Shown here piece by piece: positions 18,530 to 24,184 of a stretch of DNA of 24,184 nt. Below the pieces are notes generated by a model that was given only the letters and a program-made list of their open reading frames with translations, was not told the origin of the DNA and searched no databases. How positions within the stretch are numbered: position 1 is the stretch's first letter; each line of letters opens with the position of its first letter. The DNA comes from a virus (lineage: Duplodnaviria > Caudoviricetes): IMG/VR virus record IMGVR_UViG_3300020044_001866, positions 1 through 24,184 of that record. One strand, written 5' to 3'. Both the position numbers and the translations under genes were made by a program.

Positions 18530-18859
18530 TTACTTTGGACCCTGCTTTTTAGCGGCATAACGATCAAGCAATGCCCGCCCTTTACTCTTGGCATCTGCTT
18601 TGGATGAAGCACCCCACGCCTGCAAACTCAAGAGCAACCGCGTCGGCTGCCCCTTGGCATCACGCTCAGGCCCCGGTGAGCCCCCCATACGCGTAAGGAA
18701 CGAACCCTTACGTCGCATCTGCTCAGGCCCCGTAGGCGTACCTTTGACGGGTGCCTTGAGGTTCATCCCCTGTGCTTTGGCAGACGCACGGCCAGCAGCA
18801 TTCAACCCGCCTTTGGGGTTCTGCCCTACCTTACGTTGCCAAGCCGGGGTCTTGGCCAT
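18530..18859 (-). CDS. Basic phage protein, DUF6321-like (109 aa)
   Basis: AWQRK.GQNPKGGLNAAGRAS...SFLTRM.G...PTRL.LSL.AWG recalled as a conserved phage family; family name from memory. Confidence 0.75.
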   Translation of the reverse strand: MAKTPAWQRKVGQNPKGGLNAAGRASAKAQGMNLKAPVKGTPTGPEQMRRKGSFLTRMGGSPGPERDAKGQPTRLLLSLQAWGASSKADAKSKGRALLDRYAAKKQGPK

Positions 18860-18960
18860 TACTTCTTACCCTTGGCCATGCAGCGGCCCATGGCCTTGCA
18901 CTTGCCCGGATTGGGGCACTTGGAGCAGGGAGTGAACTTCGGCATCGGCTTCTTGGCCAT
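18859..18960 (-). CDS. 33 aa Lys-rich four-Cys microprotein (not in ORF track)
   Basis: MAKKPMPKFTPCSKCPNPGKCKAMGRCMAKGKK; GAAAGGG RBS; TAATG coupling to the next gene; fills the gap. Confidence 0.75.
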   Translation of the reverse strand: MAKKPMPKFTPCSKCPNPGKCKAMGRCMAKGKK

Positions 18961-18974
18961 GGTACGTCCCTTTC

Positions 18975-19901
18975 TTAGAAGCGGCTAGTTCCGGGGTTAA
19001 CTTTAGATGGTTCTGTGCGGGCAGGTGCCGAAGTTGGACCGCTAGAAGGTCCTTTGCTGCTTGTCGTGGAGCGCGACGGACCACTGTTAGCCCCAAGCGG
19101 ACCGGCGGGGCCTTTGTTGCTCGATCCGCCTGAACGAGACGGGCCGCTATTGGGGCCATTCGGACCGGCAGGACCTCTGCTGTTGCTCGATCCACCCGAA
19201 CGTGACGGACCACTGTTAGCACCGAGCGGGCCTGCTGGTCCCTTGCTATTGCCCGATCCGCCTGAACGAGACGGGCCGCTATTGGGGCGGCTGGCTGATT
19301 GCAAGTCACCTTTACCGCCTGCGACCTTGGGGGCTGAACCATACGACCCGCCAAACGCGGTGACACCTCGCCCACCAGTCACAGAAATCTTGCCCGGTCG
19401 AGATGGCGCTGTGCGGTTAGGTGCGCTGAGCGAACCGCCGCCGGGGCCTTTACCCTTTGAATTTCCGGCCATGAGCGGGCCTGATGGCTTTGCTTCAAAT
19501 CCATCGCCAGTAGGTGTGGTCATACCTACCAAAGCGCCAACCGGACCGGCGGCTCGCAGCGCACCGCGAGCAACACCCCCAGCAACAGTTTTGGCAGCAT
19601 TGGCAACCTTTGAAGCCATCGAGGGAGCTTTAGGCCCATAAGCGTATTTACCGGAGTTTATCGTCCACCCTTTAGGCGGTTTGTTTGCATTGCTTGGCTT
19701 TGATGAAAACTCAGGATCAGTAACATCGAGTTTGGGTCGGACATTTGTGTTAGCGGGCTTGCGCGCGGATTCAAGCGTACGTAGCAGCCCCTTATAAGAG
19801 CTGTCGGGCTTAGAACCAAAAGACTTAACGCTACCGCGACTAGTCATCGTAGTGTTTGCGCGAGGGCTTCTGCTGGACATTCTGGATACGTTATTTGCCA
19901 T
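18975..19901 (-). CDS. Basic G/S/P/K-rich disordered repeat protein (308 aa)
   Basis: Fills the gap between coupled genes; very few acidic or aromatic residues; tandem 21-22 aa repeats. Confidence 0.75.
   Translation of the reverse strand: MANNVSRMSSRSPRANTTMTSRGSVKSFGSKPDSSYKGLLRTLESARKPANTNVRPKLDVTDPEFSSKPSNANKPPKGWTINSGKYAYGPKAPSMASKVANAAKTVAGGVARGALRAAGPVGALVGMTTPTGDGFEAKPSGPLMAGNSKGKGPGGGSLSAPNRTAPSRPGKISVTGGRGVTAFGGSYGSAPKVAGGKGDLQSASRPNSGPSRSGGSGNSKGPAGPLGANSGPSRSGGSSNSRGPAGPNGPNSGPSRSGGSSNKGPAGPLGANSGPSRSTTSSKGPSSGPTSAPARTEPSKVNPGTSRF
19045..19290. repeat. Coding tandem repeat, ~66 bp unit, about four copies
   Basis: NSGPSRS recurs four times; 35 bp exact match at 19122-19156 and 19254-19288. 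Confidence 0.9.
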
Positions 19902-19909
19902 AATCTATC

Positions 19910-20143
19910 CTATCGAAATCTTGAGATTTTCTTGGCGATGGTCGCCGGTTGAGGCACGAACTGTTTACCCTTGGCCTTGCCAGAACGCTTGGCCCTAGTT
20001 GTAGCAGCATATTCTGACGGAGACAAAGCCTTGATAGCCGCTTCCGGCAGGTATCGCTCACCCGTCTTGGAAGACGGCTTGCCGGACTTCGTGCGCCATT
20101 TCTGCGCGGTCCATGCCTTCAGAGACTGCTGCGAAGGCTTCAT
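19910..20143 (-). CDS. Small basic protein (77 aa)
   Basis: SQQSLKAWT.QKWRTKSGKPS..TGERYLP...KGKQFV; ATGA overlap; 19 K/R vs 3 E. Confidence 0.8.
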   Translation of the reverse strand: MKPSQQSLKAWTAQKWRTKSGKPSSKTGERYLPEAAIKALSPSEYAATTRAKRSGKAKGKQFVPQPATIAKKISRFR

Positions 20144-20328
20144 GACGTGTAGCCCCCGCCCTTGGACTTGTACTGCTTGGCCAGAAGCTGTGCTTTACGG
20201 GCGGACCACTGCCCTGCCTTGGTGCCCTGCACCGGAGCTGCCTTGATCTTCTCGAACAGCGTCTTGCGCATACCGGGCTTGGTGTAGTTCCCAGCAGCGT
20301 TAACTTTGGATTGAGCGGATTTCTTCAC
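20140..20328 (-). CDS. Small basic protein (62 aa)
   Basis: NYTKP.MRK...GQWSARKAQLLA..YK.KGGGY; GTGA overlap; 14 K/R vs 1 E. Confidence 0.8.
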   Translation of the reverse strand: MKKSAQSKVNAAGNYTKPGMRKTLFEKIKAAPVQGTKAGQWSARKAQLLAKQYKSKGGGYTS

Positions 20329-20504
20329 TTATTGAAGCCCTTGAGTGTCTGAGCGAGGCGGGCACGCTGACCCATCTTACCGCCCTTCTTGGCAGCCGCA
20401 GCCAGTGTCTTGGCGGGGATGTTCTTGCCCTTGGGCGTGCCAAGCTGAGCACGAAGAGCACCCGGCTTCTTGATGGCACCAGCAATCCAGTTCTTACCCT
20501 TCAT
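20325..20504 (-). CDS. Small basic protein (59 aa; not in ORF track)
   Basis: MKGKNWIAGAIKKPGALRAQLGTPKGKNIPAKTLAAAAKKGGKMGQRARLAQTLKGFNK; GAGGT RBS; 15 K/R and no D/E. Confidence 0.8.
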   Translation of the reverse strand: MKGKNWIAGAIKKPGALRAQLGTPKGKNIPAKTLAAAAKKGGKMGQRARLAQTLKGFNK

Positions 20505-20505
20505 G

Positions 20506-21201
20506 TTACCTCACAAGGACTTCGATAACTGAGTTAAGCGGCGGTGCTTCGGAAAACGTCAGGGTTGTACCGGCCACTGTATAGGTGGACTTATTCTGAT
20601 ACACACCGTTGATGTGGATACTGGTGATATTCTTGATACCGAGCGTCGAAGTAAGGGTAAACGCAACAGTCGAACCATTACCGGTAAAGTTATCTATATT
20701 GGGCGTACGAAGCTCTTGTAGCGCCGTTTCTACGTTCGTTGCTGCATAGCGATTACCTACATCGGTAATTGTTACGTCAGCCGCAGCGCCACCTTGGGTG
20801 CTAACCTGAGCAATAGCGTCCTGAACATTGGTCGCAGTGATAGGTCCTGTCGGGACAAAGCTGATCTCAGATGCCTGATCCTTCAGTGCCACGCGGTCAG
20901 CAATGGCATCAATTACGGACTGGGCCGTAACCCGCAGATCAATTCGGCTTCCATCCGGAAACGCAATGGCTGTAGTGCCTTCCTGCGCACGAACGATAGT
21001 AAGGATATCGCTAACACGCGAAGTACACTTTACAACTTCGTAAAGACCAGTGGGTGAAATAAGGGTCGCATAAAAATACTGCCCCGCACTCAATGCAGGG
21101 AAGTTAACACCAGTGCCAGCAGATACAGCTACGGATGTAGATGATGCTGTAAGCGACCCAACAATCGAGCTTGAGGTATTGTTCTTAAGAACGACAGCCA
21201 T
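20506..21201 (-). CDS. Fibre/adaptor virion protein (231 aa)
   Basis: N-terminal domain paralogous to 16304-18529; two ATNV.xA shaft repeats; C-terminal FTGNGSTVAFTL...TLTFSEAP module. Confidence 0.75.
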   Translation of the reverse strand: MAVVLKNNTSSSIVGSLTASSTSVAVSAGTGVNFPALSAGQYFYATLISPTGLYEVVKCTSRVSDILTIVRAQEGTTAIAFPDGSRIDLRVTAQSVIDAIADRVALKDQASEISFVPTGPITATNVQDAIAQVSTQGGAAADVTITDVGNRYAATNVETALQELRTPNIDNFTGNGSTVAFTLTSTLGIKNITSIHINGVYQNKSTYTVAGTTLTFSEAPPLNSVIEVLVR

Positions 21202-21203
21202 GG

Positions 21204-21329
21204 TTACTCCAGCAGGATATACGAGCCGTCTTCTTGCAACAGGTCGTCGCCGTCCTCAGACAGCAGGTTGTTCAGCAGAGCCGATGTCTGCCTCCGTACC
21301 CGCCGCATGATGAGGACAATGTTCAGCAC
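21204..21329 (-). CDS. 41 aa microprotein with LLxEDG repeats (not in ORF track)
   Basis: GTG start 1 nt after the upstream stop; (M)LNIVLIMRRVRRQTSALLNNLLSEDGDDLLQEDGSYILLE; ends 2 nt before the next ATG. Confidence 0.65.
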   Translation of the reverse strand: MLNIVLIMRRVRRQTSALLNNLLSEDGDDLLQEDGSYILLE

Positions 21330-21330
21330 G

Positions 21331-21684
21331 TCAGCCCCGCAGGACCATGGTCACGTTAATGGAATTGGCCGAGCCGCTGGTCACAACCGGTCGGAGATAA
21401 ACCGCTGCAGTGGTGAACTCGAACAGCGCCGCCGACGTGGCGCTGATGACCGTGCCGCCCAAGTCCTTGATGTCGAAGTAGGTAACACCATCGTTCGACG
21501 CCTGCAAGCCAACCGTGGCACCACCGAAGGTACCGCCGATCTGGACACAACCCGCCACAGCAGCCTGCGCTGCAACGATGAGCGGATCAATCGTATCGCC
21601 CGTGACGATAGCAGCCCACACCGTCCGAGGCACTTTCGAAGACTGCGCCTGAACAAAACTAAATGCAGGAGAAACGGTCGCCAT
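21331..21684 (-). CDS. Putative virion beta-sandwich protein, possible spike base (117 aa)
   Basis: VQIGGTFGGATV.LQASNDG...YLRP pattern; first gene after the promoter at 21720-21748. Confidence 0.6.
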   Translation of the reverse strand: MATVSPAFSFVQAQSSKVPRTVWAAIVTGDTIDPLIVAAQAAVAGCVQIGGTFGGATVGLQASNDGVTYFDIKDLGGTVISATSAALFEFTTAAVYLRPVVTSGSANSINVTMVLRG

Positions 21685-21719
21685 CGGCTAAACCCTTGTG
21701 GTTATGGTCAGTCTGCCGC

Positions 21720-21748
21720 ACGGTACACCAAGTAAACGCGCGATGCAA
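21720..21748 (-). promoter_or_regulatory. Sigma70-like promoter for the fibre/basic-protein block
   Basis: TTGCAT-N17-TACCGT immediately downstream of the terL terminator. Confidence 0.5.
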
Positions 21749-21752
21749 CATC

Positions 21753-21784
21753 ATAAAAATCCCCGGCAGCGGTGACTACCGGGG
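21753..21784 (-). terminator. Intrinsic terminator downstream of terL
   Basis: CCCCGGTAG-TCACCG-CTGCCGGGG stem (one G-U pair) followed by ATTTTTAT. Confidence 0.8.
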
Positions 21785-21870
21785 CTAGTCCAACAGGGAG
21801 GGAAATGTCACCAAGGGCAGGTGGATACGCACCCCCAGCACAATTACCCTATCCCAAACGTCCGTTCCGG

Positions 21871-23262
21871 TCAAGTCCACCCTGCCGACACGACGGGTCG
21901 AATGTCGCGCTTGATCGTCTGGTAGAGAAAATCCCCGCTGGCGTTGCTCAAATGCAGGCAAAGATATTGCAGTGCTTCTGCTACGTGCGAGTGCTTGTTC
22001 TTGTCGATAGCGTTGTCACCCGTGGGCTTGTACCGATATCCGCCCATCATCGCCGCCTTCAGATGCGTGCATGACGGGTCCACGAGAAACGCCGGATCGC
22101 CATCAACCTGCCGCATGAGGTAGTCATCCACCGCCGAGATACGCGCCGAGATGGCGTTCGTCCGCGCCGGAATAACCCGCAACCCCTCGGCCTTCACGAT
22201 ATCGACCGCACTGCGCTCGTCCGTCTGGGCCCTAGCCGTACCTGCCGGATCAACCACGACCAGCACGGGGCACCCCGAGAACCGCTCATACAGCAGCGGC
22301 TTCAGCAGCGTCCGGACAAACCGCTGGATACCCATGTCGTAGCTCACACACTCAGCCATCACCAGAGCGCGACCGCGCGGGTCTTGCTGCCCGATCACCG
22401 CTGCCGGGGTGAGCCCCAAGTCCATACCGACGACGACAGGTCGAGTGCCGCCAGTGAAAGCCCGGAGGCTGTTGCCAGCCATATGGTAGTCAGGCCGGAA
22501 ATACTTGTAGACAGGCATACCAGCGAGGCTAAGGCCATATTCGCCGTCAATGTACACACGGACATACTCATCGGATCGACCTTGTGTGTCATAGTACCCC
22601 TCCGGTAGGTTCTCGATATTCTCGGCGTAGACACTGCGCCCAGACGGCTGCTTGAATACATTCCAGCCATTGTCGTTGAGAGACACCCCATCCGTGGGAT
22701 CGAGATGCTCAAGCTGGTAATACCACCACGTATCCATGGTGGGCGGATTCGTATCTCCCCACATCCCGAACCACGTCGGCCCGCCATCCTTGGCACTGGG
22801 AAAACGACCGATACGCTTGGACATCGCATCGACAATCGCCGGGTCGATATCCCGGCACTCGTTGAACCACGCGCCCGTAAGTTCCAGTGAGTTCAGGTTC
22901 GCTACGTCATCCGCATCATCCAACGCGCGGAACATAATCTCAGCCTCGACATCCCCGACCTTGAACAGATAGGTCTTCGTCGTACGCATGAACTGCCCGC
23001 ACGGCCCCGGCGGAAACCAGTCGAGGAACGTCTTGATGGTCGTATCCTGCAACTGCCGCGCAGTTTCACGCACGATGGCCCAGCGACTGCGCCTGCGGCC
23101 ACTGGCGTCTGGTTTCTGCAAGCTGGCCCGGCGGATCACCTCGAACGAACAGGTAACCGATTTACCAGAGCCGACAGGGCCCATGAGCACGCGCATCTTC
23201 GCATCGCATTCCATGAACTTCTTGCCGGTAGGCGGCGGTGTGTAATCTATCTCAAGTGCCAT
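21871..23262 (-). CDS. terL: Terminase large subunit (463 aa)
   Basis: Walker A GPVGSGKS, Walker B variant AWFNE, coupling motif DTNPP, RNase H-like nuclease GMDLG. Confidence 0.93.
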   Translation of the reverse strand: MALEIDYTPPPTGKKFMECDAKMRVLMGPVGSGKSVTCSFEVIRRASLQKPDASGRRRSRWAIVRETARQLQDTTIKTFLDWFPPGPCGQFMRTTKTYLFKVGDVEAEIMFRALDDADDVANLNSLELTGAWFNECRDIDPAIVDAMSKRIGRFPSAKDGGPTWFGMWGDTNPPTMDTWWYYQLEHLDPTDGVSLNDNGWNVFKQPSGRSVYAENIENLPEGYYDTQGRSDEYVRVYIDGEYGLSLAGMPVYKYFRPDYHMAGNSLRAFTGGTRPVVVGMDLGLTPAAVIGQQDPRGRALVMAECVSYDMGIQRFVRTLLKPLLYERFSGCPVLVVVDPAGTARAQTDERSAVDIVKAEGLRVIPARTNAISARISAVDDYLMRQVDGDPAFLVDPSCTHLKAAMMGGYRYKPTGDNAIDKNKHSHVAEALQYLCLHLSNASGDFLYQTIKRDIRPVVSAGWT

Positions 23263-23265
23263 GTG

Positions 23266-23457
23266 TCAGTGTGGCTTACGCAAGCCGTCCTCGTAATCCT
23301 CGCGCCGGTCATAGGCGTGATGGGTGATAATCTTGTCGTCATCGTCGTCGGTCTCCACATCCGGGCAGCACCAGCAGGAACCAGTGGCATCGAAGACGTG
23401 GGGATACAGATCACCCTTGGGTGCAAAGTGGTAGACCGGAATAGGGCGCTTAGTCAT
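23266..23457 (-). CDS. Small His/Cys-rich acidic protein (63 aa)
   Basis: Start re-assigned to MTKRPIP (GGAGG 6 nt upstream; overlaps the previous stop); H..CWCCP...DDDDD...HH. Confidence 0.65.
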   Translation of the reverse strand: MTKRPIPVYHFAPKGDLYPHVFDATGSCWCCPDVETDDDDDKIITHHAYDRREDYEDGLRKPH

Positions 23458-23656
23458 CGACATCCTCCAGCAGAACGATCTGGTAGTAGGTCCCGCGCTT
23501 GCGCGAGCGGATAATCCGTGTCTGATAACTGATCCCCGCCTCGGCAAGGGTACGCTCAATCTCGCGGGCAGTCGATGCTGAATAGACCCTTGCCACGTAG
23601 CGGCTCGTTTCCGGGTCTTCGCCAAAGGCGTCAAGGATGGCGTCAGGCAGGTTCAT
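23450..23656 (-). CDS. Hypothetical protein (68 aa)
   Basis: Overlaps the terS stop and the next start; protein-like composition. Confidence 0.7.
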   Translation of the reverse strand: MNLPDAILDAFGEDPETSRYVARVYSASTAREIERTLAEAGISYQTRIIRSRKRGTYYQIVLLEDVDD

Positions 23657-24125
23657 CGTCTACGACTTCATCGTGCTCGATCACGTTCTGGTCGTAATAG
23701 GTATCCTCGGTTTCCACAGGTTGGTTGAGGTTGATGGTAATCCGCACGCCACCGCCAGCGGTGACTTCCGTGTCGTTCTTGGGTTCCAGCCCGCCCCACT
23801 TGACCGTCTGCTTGATCAGGTCAGCCTTGACTGCTGCTGAGACATCCGGGCTGTGGATCAGGGTCCAAGACGTGACAAGAAGTTCCTCTGCCTGTGCCCG
23901 AGCTTTCATACGGAACGTCAGTCCTTTTTCGCGGACCTCCTCCCGGTAATGCTCCACCTTCTTGAGGAAAACCGGGTCCTTGCTGAAGACGAGGATTTCG
24001 TCTTGGCTGATCCGGTGACGGCTCAGCATCTCGCTCATCTCCTCGCCACTGCCCTCCAGCAGCAGGGCCATGTCGAATGCCAGACGGTCTGACCACTTGG
24101 TGTAGTTGAATGGGCTCAGGTCCAT
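23643..24125 (-). CDS. terS: Probable terminase small subunit (160 aa)
   Basis: Upstream of terL; HTH-like N-terminus, helical middle, GVRITINL strand and acidic tail. Confidence 0.65.
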   Translation of the reverse strand: MDLSPFNYTKWSDRLAFDMALLLEGSGEEMSEMLSRHRISQDEILVFSKDPVFLKKVEHYREEVREKGLTFRMKARAQAEELLVTSWTLIHSPDVSAAVKADLIKQTVKWGGLEPKNDTEVTAGGGVRITINLNQPVETEDTYYDQNVIEHDEVVDDEPA

Positions 24126-24133
24126 GTTCGGGG

Positions 24134-24162
24134 ATTATGTTGGTGGGTGAGGGGTTTGTCAA
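24134..24162 (-). promoter_or_regulatory. Sigma70-type promoter of the packaging operon
   Basis: TTGACA (24162-24157), 17-nt spacer, CATAAT (24139-24134). Confidence 0.75.
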
Positions 24163-24184
24163 CTGGTTTACGGTAATGTAAACT

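Larger units (their letters stand above)
1..24184 (-). mobile_element. Tailed phage (Caudoviricetes, podovirus-like) structural/packaging/lysis region
   Basis: Co-oriented terminase, portal, scaffold, capsid, adaptor, tailspike and endolysin genes; no tape-measure, tail-tube or sheath gene recognised; no host genes or integrase, so free phage vs prophage cannot be decided. Confidence 0.95.

Noticed and set aside
19045-19290. Possible CRISPR array or DGR template/variable repeat
   Set aside because: Repeats are in-frame, degenerate and contiguous without unique spacers; no cas or reverse transcriptase gene in the window
18866-19375. 169 aa alternative-frame minus-strand ORF with repeats
   Set aside because: Out-of-frame reading of the repeat tract; overlaps two better-supported genes
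19015-19641. 208 aa plus-strand repeat ORF
   Set aside because: Antisense of the Gly/Ser/Pro-rich gene, where stop codons are naturally scarce
20300-20485. 61 aa ORF from the track
   Set aside because: Wrong frame; 20325-20504 has an RBS, coupling at its 3' end and coherent composition
23458-23634. N-terminal extension of the 122 aa ORF
   Set aside because: Overlaps the 68 aa gene; the RBS supports a start at 23457
1-24184. tRNA/rRNA genes, integrase/att sites, introns/inteins, alternative genetic code
   Set aside because: None recognised; genes tile the window under the standard code, all three stop codons are used, and TerL, portal and capsid are of ordinary length

Overview
The whole window is a contiguous virion-morphogenesis and lysis region of a tailed dsDNA phage (or prophage) of podovirus type. 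All credible genes lie on the minus strand and are tightly coupled. In transcription order (right to left): small and large terminase; a ~9.7 kb block containing fibre/spike genes, six small or disordered highly basic proteins and a lysis cassette; then portal, scaffold, major capsid protein, decoration/fibre genes, a second basic-protein pair, two head-tail adaptors and a nozzle-like protein. Manual reading adds five short minus-strand ORFs missing from the ORF track, two sigma70-like promoters, three terminator-like hairpins and a possible structured RNA after terL. The two best candidates for undescribed biology are both inferences: (i) a cassette of basic microproteins and disordered proteins, possibly DNA-condensing or ejected core proteins, and (ii) a possible 'plug-and-socket' set of short docking motifs joining several receptor-binding fibres to the virion. 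All product calls come from motif recognition and gene order, not database searches.
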